From NCBI GenBank assembly GCA_947589395.1, contig CANQAA010000003.1:1-44986 (forward strand): a DNA stretch of 44,986 bases, in the 5' to 3' direction. The notes beneath the pieces are model-generated. The model was given only the letters and a program-made list of their open reading frames with translations. It ran no database searches and was not told the DNA's origin. The position numbers were made by a program, and so were the translations under genes. The stretch is from an uncultured Clostridia bacterium (GTDB taxonomy: Bacteria; Bacillota; Clostridia; Christensenellales; CAG-917). Below are positions 38,701-44,730 of the stretch, one piece after another. How positions within the stretch are numbered: position 1 is the first letter of the stretch; the number at the start of each line of letters is the position of its first letter.

Positions 38701-41017
38701 ACTTGAGCTCATACGTCCCGTCCGTAGCAGGCTCAACGGAAGTTGTGCCGCTAAACACTTTTATGTCCGCGCTCCAAGTGCCGCTTTTTTCCGAGACGGT
38801 GTAGCTGCTTGTGAGGATAATGGTGAAGGAAGAGTCTCCCACCTTGAAGTACACGGTGTTGCCCATATAGTTGAGTTCCACCTTGAAGGTCATGGAGAGC
38901 TCTCCCGTCGCCCACACGCGACTTTGAACGTTCGCGTCGGACGCGTTTTGCGGCAGCGGGCCGTTTGTTGAAGACAAGATTTGCACATTCCTCCCGCTCG
39001 CGTCGTCATCATATGACATATTGTAGTCAATGCTCAAATTTTTGTAGTCCACCTTGACAAAGTAGCTCTTGACGCGCGACATGGTCGTATCCGTCGTGTT
39101 GTTGCCCGCGAGGTCGTATGTGTAGAAGTCAAAGCGATAAAATCCGTCGCCCGTGACCGGATTGCTGTCTAAATTGCCGGATTTGTCATACACAGTTCCG
39201 CTTGACGACTTTGCGCCCGCTTTGCCGTCCGTAAAGCTGTACACAAAACTCATGCTGTCAAACGAGAGCACGTCCAGCTTGCCCGTTTTGACGTATGTAT
39301 CGTAAAAATCTTTTGCCGAGATGTCCGCAAGCGCTTTTAGCGCCGCCAAATCGTTTGTCCTGCGCACCGCGTAGTACCAAACCTGTTGCGAAACGCCGCC
39401 GTTGCTGTTGTTTGCAATTGAGAGCTCGTCAAAGACAGTCGTTTGCAGCCAATTTGCGGACTCAATGTTCTTGTCCTGTTTTGCAGTGCTGTTGTTGTTC
39501 AACGTAACTTCGGTTGTCGGATCGTTGGGGTCAATGCCGTCCACATTCAATGTGAATGATATCGAAGTTTTGTCCGGACCGAATTGCGTAATAGAGATAG
39601 CAACTCCACCATTTTTGGTTTCGCTGTTGTACGGCGCATTATCCGCAAAATATAACGTTGCCTGCACTGTCGCGTAATCGGTGATTTCAATCTTTATCCT
39701 GCCAACTTCTTTGTTGTTGGCTCTTAGTGGCAGCACTTTATTTTTTCCTGTGGATAAACTGCTTGCCACATAAATCGTGGCGTCGCTTCCGTCGCCGATT
39801 TTTATCACCCTCAAGCAGTTTTGTTTGTTTGACCCGCTATTCAATGTCAAAGCGGCTTGTTTATACCAATTATAATCTTCTCCATTGAGGTTCACGGTTT
39901 GTTTATCTTTGTTACCAACATAAGAAATCATGTTGATGACTGTCGAATCGGATATTGAAGGTAAATTGTCTTTTTTTTCATTAATAGCGGCGATGATTTC
40001 ATCGTTTGGCGCATAAAAAGAATAATTGTCTTTGTTGCTTTCGGTTACGTCCTCTGTCCTTGTGTTTGGAGTATAAACGCCCGTTGCCTTTGGATCGTTA
40101 GTGTTGCTTGTATTGTTCAAGGTCACGGTATACTTTATTGTCAATTCGGACAGATAGATCCACACGTCATCACCGGACGCTATAAACGACGGTTTACTGT
40201 GTGATACCTTTCCTCCCGCCAAAATGTATCCGGCGCCATTATAGTCATTAATTGTATAGGTATAGCTCACATTATCCGATTCTCCGGCACTGTTATTGTT
40301 TTTAATATCTTTTAAATTTTTCGTGCTAAGATTTTCAAATTCCTTTCCTTCATGGCTTGCCGACGATGAGGTTGAAAAACATGCATACACATGCTTTGAA
40401 GCCCCACTCCATCTTATATTGCCAAATGTAACTTCGATTTTAATCGTAAAAAGATTGTTTTTATCTTCTTTTGCAAGTTGATTGAGTTGCGTCGGCACTT
40501 GATACAATATTCCTATTGCAAAGTGCAATTCACTCGTGAATGGTTCTTTATTTCCGATTTCCCACATGTTATATTGTGTATTTTTATCGGTAGAAGATCG
40601 CACATAGGTATTGTTACAATTGCTTTTGTAAGCGCCTTGATTGTCCAAAGTAACTTTATGATTGTTGAATGTTTCCGTAAACGTCCAGGATGTCGATGTG
40701 GATTGTTCAAGACCGACGCCGCTATCATCTTTCAATGTGTTCAGATCAAAATCCCCATTGTCGCCTTGAATTGGGCTCATGGTCAAAAAACTGCCGGCAG
40801 TGCCCGATTGCCAGCCCGGAAGACTACCATTTGGAACCTCATCGCCGGGCGTATGTGTTGCCTCCGCGACATTGCCGACCGAAGCGTCGGGAGCGTCAAA
40901 AACCCCCTCGCCAAACGCAAGCGACAGCGTGAACACCGCAACAAAGCATACCGCGATAAGCGCAAGCCTCAATGCATTGAAAAGTCTGTTCCTCTTTTCA
41001 CCAACGATCCTCATCAT
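29708..41017 (-). CDS. Giant (3769 aa) membrane-anchored surface protein / putative adhesin with Ig-like, MBG-like and YDG-like repeats
   Basis: Uninterrupted ORF; GGGGTG SD; N-terminal signal/TM; recurrent K/R-x-Y-D/N-G motifs (GKMYNG, NRMYDG, DKVYDG, HKVYDG), xYG motifs (QGVYGD, FKTYGE), DLAGN/DQAG; C-terminal TM plus basic tail, no LPxTG. Confidence 0.9.
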   Translation of the reverse strand: MMRIVGEKRNRLFNALRLALIAVCFVAVFTLSLAFGEGVFDAPDASVGNVAEATHTPGDEVPNGSLPGWQSGTAGSFLTMSPIQGDNGDFDLNTLKDDSGVGLEQSTSTSWTFTETFNNHKVTLDNQGAYKSNCNNTYVRSSTDKNTQYNMWEIGNKEPFTSELHFAIGILYQVPTQLNQLAKEDKNNLFTIKIEVTFGNIRWSGASKHVYACFSTSSSASHEGKEFENLSTKNLKDIKNNNSAGESDNVSYTYTINDYNGAGYILAGGKVSHSKPSFIASGDDVWIYLSELTIKYTVTLNNTSNTNDPKATGVYTPNTRTEDVTESNKDNYSFYAPNDEIIAAINEKKDNLPSISDSTVINMISYVGNKDKQTVNLNGEDYNWYKQAALTLNSGSNKQNCLRVIKIGDGSDATIYVASSLSTGKNKVLPLRANNKEVGRIKIEITDYATVQATLYFADNAPYNSETKNGGVAISITQFGPDKTSISFTLNVDGIDPNDPTTEVTLNNNSTAKQDKNIESANWLQTTVFDELSIANNSNGGVSQQVWYYAVRRTNDLAALKALADISAKDFYDTYVKTGKLDVLSFDSMSFVYSFTDGKAGAKSSSGTVYDKSGNLDSNPVTGDGFYRFDFYTYDLAGNNTTDTTMSRVKSYFVKVDYKNLSIDYNMSYDDDASGRNVQILSSTNGPLPQNASDANVQSRVWATGELSMTFKVELNYMGNTVYFKVGDSSFTIILTSSYTVSEKSGTWSADIKVFSGTTSVEPATDGTYELKCTDSANHDIIITLKFTQSGSEDRMYELKLGVKDSDKFDFVDFNTTYVAKKGLESGGLTVGNGNSLPGVWQAPTGWTPIESLVNPSNDKHTVSKYMDTGVYVLIDRHAPDTPTFGETEKLQTKENSVFGEDFSIDKLWYTDSVTFSTVVKAYADAFLASEAEDKAYKNNFYVGWRVKTFATLDEFKTFITANKDNKTFFQTADSFDDMQKNAWQLFGHAINDNQQQLNLGNDTTASVALNSINSVGIKLVVLFAKDQAGLYSGCSSYVILADANDYDVSTAIEKNDIADNAGIASITANKTSVKRGGTVNVTMTFGSMYAPFKLMLNSDVILFNYSAACKWQIAEGYDSLISGANDGFDDTSRTSSFSYVLDNNGYGKLGNAVTFTLACRLIVDETYRVDETTAPIDWYLMDASSRNVFYNRNSQEPRFIVNPISGIADNTENLRKAFEFLYFKVDGEKLTKIDKDNMKDSGTYYVLAYIPNGEVDEEGKKVTANTSYVFKGAKLKLREEEEGESGLVMDWSYAFSDGAFTFDGISEWDFVIAPLAVTASINEENAKAVYGKFDPDMLNGLIRYTDDNFTAEIAEAEGFKFDLSLDLTGTGIDWEQIEAKNALEILKLGVGKTSYQILLSFNCNNYTVTLDKVYNFNITPNELKVDALNAQGVYGDPVEVYKYGVKRSQFENSPAWSCLKDAGNIDECILFILDLSLSNYAPHPGNHELSTRYDFDEDTGYFVFEVEGSENSIIKRKDFATKDVKSYDYAETANFAGANAILPITFVSSTGKFTITQREVVLVVGGSTVMGYMAEPSVDDVSKYIPDPSLSDKELSLSVAMQNTILEQVKGKIMLGEAIRWENPVGYDDYSAVLRSLITFAAGDSVDDDGHTYITPNVKYIIEQEQYYLFLFSAGDAILVRFNEGALVKNYGMAWDNDWLKFVAGAFTLERADGDESKMPKYDRITWEVQLYSRNAPYSEQYPTVGAYEARFVNAHMYLGGVDVQNDAKTQAVTVNVVAVPVTYNPAAVKVRATLSQNFKTYGEQESAYGINFEIYEVNGEEFNEGSTLADMGYATLKSKITGSYVRALYNVAGDGYRSGSSQFDNASDDMGVAFKLEGGEVVSDDYYYALYNNGIRSNDSNLSVTADEGKTTRLQIKQKQLTITLNNFRGAGKMYNGDAVIPNPVTYIFDDGDILNNDAITLVFDAVYDQAGVAHEDTNVGIIISNIRLNGARVMNYELFEIVNPNAAGEVSFNATLKNGEAGEKQPSLKFAENDDIIAIIFYMKNGDNTEAIVITGVNIVLKQSDFTITKVYDNNGLLYIGNITFTYLREEESGSNAVLYNEFNKEGGIGEVYLVGSAEVAHNVGVPAYSDVHALGNYHIGFTLRFYVENATHFGSRLIPDSGIAYRTGTTDDKGEYINVIFTNMSAQITPLMVDASYFDKMDAEDREYNAKDGINVVPTFNAKLPDFANAARRIRVTGHPVDEKGEHTQDAGTWMVVIDKVEAVGANASDFEFDMDSICRVFSAYVQKDGSDIKNEGDDSLFFDVVISKAKLRILGRFENRMYDGLTYVTLLDENGEPIYYFTPKRVDGAIQKDEQGNVLYDVKVADRKSFTLTLAGHEHGLIDDSENDFTELRAELKKLVVSFADDGGIFLSDKGEINPNVMFDGEAVAEHNVIFKGMSIKDENGYLKNYTLDGVRFADGEYQEIENETFGEEPIADFELEGVMTLTRRAFQVLEESIIIPDKVYDGTTSVDITVIIPENDLDEENRFFVADKDRPYLSIMAAANFVYANAGTNIPIRFTEMPKLNYTGEDAAAGEIMLKNYEPLTYSREKTGTIKQRPVSATVVVQDKVYDSTPNIDPSAVSYEFNSAHFIAGDQAKYSLWARGGAYFTDKNVQFDAEGNIIAKRGAVIDPTLRNNRTGDMDYELVVISEKREVAPDMFEIVSASGEVLLRAYYRFPTKEEEEAVQNGSYVNPQGTVSGTAPEMGLASGQSIVYYYPLPIVGNYYSEYNKDNANKIISAYSYGGGTVYLGDGGEGTLSSTVTYLAFESGKIEQKEVYLDANKLHIINPAPFHKVYDGTDLFFGERYKDYFFSDDAIKGLVECDFGKVKIKSIVASFNSAGTDASAVTFNIDEIFGNQETGEDESANYKVIEAGSRLSASYQGSISKLHLSAILQDGSIEYGTLLYDNNRIAESNYTIAYKLGDKEVTLFSNGGEMYFYMKYEDFCEAMGYKTDDKFTGKESSYERLNAFRFNFGESGERVDSESGEYIRLEGAIMSLPYATATFDTARPNAGTVVDNEHFVLNGGESQFFTFAYVNEGSLTVERRHLYVSIDVVSKTEYQASYGATWRPAYNIVFYDRNGNLTPLASWDNISNVFIIDGVDYSPVVEWVIFNSASGEITSVGAYPKLTSELDENCAYVARLRLPSVAGGLDAYRDKIINYYFHIGENEYEGDSTIFGDEFTFFDSGIEFEDGKYYLKYKCEAYFGNNVDYETVPTATLNLTLPDPSTLGVSVPNTEYTFTYNGQDQLASAIMGYIEGDQIGLVSEEDVAFDTVNVGSNAGTVKLTRKIKIDDGDEGKEVVWYGNAIVTFIVEKADIRLSALPVSSSYGLEQAYDVADLVSWRSDIPLAANITAEMFDVNFYQGESRLTEQAFKEANVGTYRVEISINSDKFSYIEGGENMLARNFITESEGRAYYVSADYSVLPSVVEISITGGSELEEDANSGAVKRFVGTYYEDKEYTVDFTFNQPDLNIKNYGKLQKTDFSVKFMREQEDGTVVNAPGRYTFRVTLPDDIQGNYRLTGESGVLELFAKKLDISGDDNVDKNGDVAVGATVEVMDDSRLIANRIIVHSVTQEGTANDSAVYNAIAAYMPKIHEYARVSSILQIALYYDAKIVNTTGVKLKLSVALPSSVKEDMSGTVVYKQTSEGGLEKLEYDLEEGRIVYETDYLGALVFVNVEQPTLPNWLNYLIIGAGSLIIVFVLGVLVAFIARKSKLGRLDKKKYR

Positions 41018-41033
41018 ATTTCACCCCATTTGT

Positions 41034-41385
41034 ACCCCACAAAACCACTTCGTAATTTTGCGGGGACCCCGATTTTATTGCCCCACAAAAACATTGCATA
41101 TTTTTGCGGGGACCCCGAATTTTTGCCCCATAAAAACAGACAAGCTGTTTTTGCGGGGACCCCGATTTTTGCCCCACAAAACCACTTCGTAATTTTGCGG
41201 GGACCCCGATTTATTACCCCATAAAAACAGACAAGCTGTTTTGATGGGGACCCCGATTTTTGCCCCAACAAATCGACAAAGCAATTTGTTGGGGACCCCG
41301 ATTTATTACCCCACAAAAACATTGCATATTTTTGCGGGGACCCCGATTTTTTCCCAAAAAAATTATCGCATAATTTTTTTGGGGA
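41034..41385 (-). repeat. Tandem array of 7 complete + 1 degenerate ~45-bp hairpin units with variable loops
   Basis: Plus-strand unit CCCCAYAAAA-loop-TTTTGCGGGG-ACCCCGATTT; stems start at 41035, 41081, 41126, 41172, 41217, 41263, 41309, 41353. Confidence 0.95.
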
Positions 41386-41523
41386 AAATCTCAATCTTTT
41401 TGTTTTTGTTCCCACAAAACATTTTATGCTTTTGCAAGGAAAGTTTTTTTGTTCTTCCCTTTTCGGGAAATTTGATCTATTTTTCAAACTCTTCAAACTT
41501 TAGTAAATCATCTTGGGTCTTAT

Positions 41524-41744
41524 GCGCGCTTGCGTGAGAATTCATGCCTTGCACCGCGCAACAATTTGTCTCCCTCTCTCACGCGCTTTGTGACTCGTCT
41601 CTCTCGTTGTTCGCACGCGCTGTGACTCGTTCTCGTATTCGCACGCGCATGCTTTTATAACTCGTTTTTCACGCGCCTTTGTAGCTCGTCCTTCTCGTTT
41701 CTTTCAAGCGTTTTGCAACTCGTTCCCGCACGCGCTTGCGTGAG
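41524..41744. repeat. Degenerate tandem repeat (CACGCGC-TTTGTGA-CTCGT) bracketed by a 14-bp direct repeat
   Basis: Units at 41580, 41614, 41642, 41670, 41705, 41729; CGCGCTTGCGTGAG at 41525-41538 and 41731-41744. Confidence 0.75.
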
Positions 41745-41773
41745 CATAGGCGCGCACATAATTATGCAATAAT

Positions 41774-41803
41774 ATATTACAACAACATATCGACCTATGT
41801 CAA
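41774..41803 (-). promoter_or_regulatory. Candidate sigma-A promoter for the giant gene (implies a ~750-nt leader)
   Basis: TTGACA (41803-41798)-18 bp-TAATAT (41779-41774); no better promoter seen nearer the ATG. Confidence 0.5.
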
Positions 41804-41895
41804 TACCCAATTTTTTCCGCGCGGTAATTATTAAATTTTTCCTGCGCGAAAATCGCCGCCTGCAGACGGCTGAAATCTTTCTTTGAAAAGAAAAT

Positions 41896-43155
41896 TCACC
41901 AATTCAAAGTTTTTTCGGGGTTGAGGAGGAAGTCCGAGAGGGAGGCGATCAAAATGCCCTGTTCGTTGTAGCCCGTCATCACCTCGTCGCCGACGATGAT
42001 GATCTTTTTGAACGCGTCGCCGATGGAGAGCAAAGAGGCTTGTTCCTGCTTGCGCTTTAGCTCGTCCGGCATGCGATAGGCGCATTGAATGTAATATCTG
42101 CGATCTCCCAAATTTGCGACGAAGTCCACTTCAAGCTGTTTGCGGGACGACTCGCCGTCGAGATTTACGCTTGCCTCGACCACGCCCACGTCGACGGAAT
42201 ATCCGCGCAACTTCAATTCGTTGAAGACCACGTTTTCCATGATGTGATTGTACTCCTGTTGACGGAAAGAGAGCCGCGCGTTTCTCAGCCCCATATCCAC
42301 AAAATAATATTTCGACGGGGTGTTGATATACTTTTTGCCCTTGATGTCGTAGCGCACGGCGCGCTCGATGAGGAAGGAGTCCTGCAAACAGTCGAGATAT
42401 GAGGATATTGTGTTTGCGGAGATCTTCACATTCTTTTGCGAGTTGAATGTGTTTGAGAGCTTCAGCGGGTTCGTGAGAGACCCTATCGACGAGGCGAGAA
42501 CGTCCGTCAGCTCGCCTATCTCGGCGTTGCCGCGCAAGTTGTTGCGATTGATTATGTCCGCAAGATAGGTCGTCGAAAACAGGTCTTTCAAATATTTCAT
42601 CTTGTCCTGCTCGGACTTCATCGTGAGGCAAAGCGGCATTCCGCCGTACGTCGCAAAGTTGCGCCACGCCCTGCCAAACGGCGTGTTGGGGTCGAGAGTG
42701 GAGCTGTATTCCGCAAAACAAATCGGATAAACGCGTATCTCGTCCCCCCGCCCGCGAAACTCCGTGATTATGTCGCTCGAGAGGAACTTCGAGTTGCTGC
42801 CCGTCACATAGACGTCCGCGTTCGGAATGTGCAAAAACCCATTGACCACGCTCTCGAAATCGGGCACGAGCTGTATCTCGTCCAAAAGGATATAATACAT
42901 CTCGCCGTCCTTGATCTGCCCCTTGACAAACGCGTAAAGCTCGTTGGGGTCTTGCAACTTTTTGTTGCCGTAATCCTCGAGCGAGACCTTGACGACGTGA
43001 TCCTCGCGCACGCCCTCTTTCAAAAGATGCCGATAAAACAACCCGAACAAAAGATACGACTTGCCGCATCTGCGCACGCCCGTGACGATCTTGACCATGC
43101 CGTTAAGCTTGTGGTCTATGAGTTTGTTGAGATACAAGTCCCTTGCAATTTCCAT
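41896..43155 (-). CDS. AAA_14 + DUF4143-type ATP-binding protein
   Basis: Walker A GVRRCGKS, Walker B LLDEIQ, VTGSNS, YGGMP, KYYFVDMG, ENVVFNEL, EVDFV..YYIQC. Confidence 0.9.
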   Translation of the reverse strand: MEIARDLYLNKLIDHKLNGMVKIVTGVRRCGKSYLLFGLFYRHLLKEGVREDHVVKVSLEDYGNKKLQDPNELYAFVKGQIKDGEMYYILLDEIQLVPDFESVVNGFLHIPNADVYVTGSNSKFLSSDIITEFRGRGDEIRVYPICFAEYSSTLDPNTPFGRAWRNFATYGGMPLCLTMKSEQDKMKYLKDLFSTTYLADIINRNNLRGNAEIGELTDVLASSIGSLTNPLKLSNTFNSQKNVKISANTISSYLDCLQDSFLIERAVRYDIKGKKYINTPSKYYFVDMGLRNARLSFRQQEYNHIMENVVFNELKLRGYSVDVGVVEASVNLDGESSRKQLEVDFVANLGDRRYYIQCAYRMPDELKRKQEQASLLSIGDAFKKIIIVGDEVMTGYNEQGILIASLSDFLLNPEKTLNW

Positions 43156-43173
43156 ATATCCCTCGCATTTAAC

Positions 43174-43248
43174 ATTGTAGCAACCAAAATAGCCCCTGTC
43201 AACCCTCTATTGAGAATTTTTCGCAAAATGTGCAAAAATTCTCAATAG
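43174..43248 (-). promoter_or_regulatory. Promoter of the ATPase gene with an adjacent perfect 15-bp inverted repeat
   Basis: TTGACA(43202-43197)-17 bp-TACAAT(43179-43174); CTATTGAGAATTTTT-N12-AAAAATTCTCAATAG (43207-43248). Confidence 0.7.
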
Positions 43249-43292
43249 AAAAACGTTTCACCTTTGGTGAAATTGGAATGAAATTTCGCATT

Positions 43293-43322
43293 AAAAAAGC
43301 TCCCCGAGCGGGAAGCTTTTTT
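43293..43322 (-). terminator. Intrinsic terminator of the DUF2804-like gene
   Basis: Plus strand AAAAAAGCTCCCC-GAGC-GGGAAGCTTTTTT. Confidence 0.7.
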
Positions 43323-43357
43323 CCTTTCCAAAATGCGGAAAAATCAATTCTGAATTT

Positions 43358-44485
43358 TTACCACTTGTTTTCAACATACTCGCAAAATGCGTACATGTCT
43401 TTGATTTCAAGCTTCGTGCCGTCCTCAAGCTCCACTTTTCCGCTCCAAAGTCCGTGCACTTGATGAGCGTGCATGCGGAAGAGATTGATGACGTTCGTGT
43501 CCGTGTGATGAACATAGAAGGGCTTCATGACCATGTCGAATTTGCCGTCATCCGAGATGAAGTGCCAATCTTTGTCCCACTTGTCGTCCTTTGGGAAGAC
43601 CTCCACGTCAACAGAGCCTATCTTGCTCGCCTTGCCGTCGTAAAAGAGACAGGTCTCGGTCGCGTTGGACTCGTCGCCGATCGCCCAAGTGATCTCAAAA
43701 CCGAAGATGTGATCCTTGCCCTCCGCGTCCTTGATGTGCTGAGCGCCGTTGCCCCAATACCACACGTTTTTGTACGGCCACACGCCTCTGCCCCAGTCCA
43801 GCACGGCGAATGTGTCCTGCTTGTCAAACGCGACCGTCTCCTCGCCGACTTTGAAATAACCCGAAGCAGGCATGCAATTTTGCTTCATCGTCATGAAGAA
43901 ACGGGTGGGCTTGTAGTCGCCCTTCTTGTTTTTGAAGGGGGTGACGATTGTGATGTTTTCATGATCGTCAAACAAGTCCATCTCGAACTTGGTCTCCACC
44001 GTCTTGCCCTTGTACGGGCCCGTGAAGAAGATCGTGCGCTTTTTGTCCGTCGTTTCCGCGCGGAAATGGAATTTGCCCTTTTTGTACTCCGATACGTTCG
44101 GGTGCCCCTGATCGCAATTTTCAGCCATCACGACCTTGTTTTTGCCGCCCAGCCACAACGCCATGCTGCTGATGACAGGCTTGCTCTTGTCCGTGAGGTC
44201 CACGAGCACCGCCGACGCGTAGCCGCCGATGGAAATGTTCGCCATCGAGATCTGCACCATGTATCTTCCGTCTGACACCTGATAGAAGTCCCACTCCTTG
44301 CCGCGCCATTGAGGACGCGCCGCAGTGCGATCGTACTCGAATACGTTGTGCCTTGCCCAGCCGCCCTTGACGAGCAAATTGCCCTTTTCGTCAAGCAACT
44401 TTGTGGGCTGCTTGTACTCGATCTGTTTGCGCTTTTCGGGTAGCTCTTGCCAACCGACGTAAGTTTTTTTGCACGCTTTTGCCAT
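43358..44485 (-). CDS. DUF2804-like beta-sheet protein
   Basis: LLDEKGNL..GWAR, KEWDFY, LDWGRGVWPY..WYWG, HQVHG.WSG, FCEYVENKW; start ATG 44485 with GGAGG SD; promoter TTGAAA-17 bp-TACAAT at 44577-44549. Confidence 0.82.
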   Translation of the reverse strand: MAKACKKTYVGWQELPEKRKQIEYKQPTKLLDEKGNLLVKGGWARHNVFEYDRTAARPQWRGKEWDFYQVSDGRYMVQISMANISIGGYASAVLVDLTDKSKPVISSMALWLGGKNKVVMAENCDQGHPNVSEYKKGKFHFRAETTDKKRTIFFTGPYKGKTVETKFEMDLFDDHENITIVTPFKNKKGDYKPTRFFMTMKQNCMPASGYFKVGEETVAFDKQDTFAVLDWGRGVWPYKNVWYWGNGAQHIKDAEGKDHIFGFEITWAIGDESNATETCLFYDGKASKIGSVDVEVFPKDDKWDKDWHFISDDGKFDMVMKPFYVHHTDTNVINLFRMHAHQVHGLWSGKVELEDGTKLEIKDMYAFCEYVENKW

Positions 44486-44672
44486 AAATTTTCCTCCCAA
44501 TTACAATAGCCGCCGACATTTTCCTGCCGCGCTTTAAGTTGTGATATAATTGTATAATATTTCGTCGGATATTTCAACCTAATTTTTTTATTTGCGAAAA
44601 ATAATTACTTTCCTTTGAAAATTTTCAACGGAAAAATTTGACGGTACGGGGCGGGCAATCGCGCTCAGCGCC

Positions 44673-44701
44673 TTGAAATGCGCGCCGTGCTTTGCTATAA
44701 T
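44673..44701 (+). promoter_or_regulatory. Strong sigma-A promoter firing into the CGACA array
   Basis: TTGAAA-17 bp-TATAAT with TG extension. Confidence 0.75.
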
Positions 44702-44730
44702 ATATCAGGCAATGGAATATAGTAGGCAAT

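Noticed and set aside
41034-41385. CRISPR array
   Set aside because: Variable segments are only ~9-13 bp, recur within the array and are loops of hairpins formed by the flanking sequence; no cas genes in the window.
41014-41496. 160-aa minus-strand ORF running through the hairpin array, with its stop overlapping the giant gene ATG
   Set aside because: The peptide repeats switch frame with the DNA repeat, the start is TTG without a clear SD, and conservation is at the level of base pairing. A leader-peptide role is unlikely but would need ribosome profiling to exclude.
42131-43069. 312-aa alternate-frame ORF within the ATPase gene
   Set aside because: Arg/Ala-rich off-frame translation typical of GC3-biased genes.
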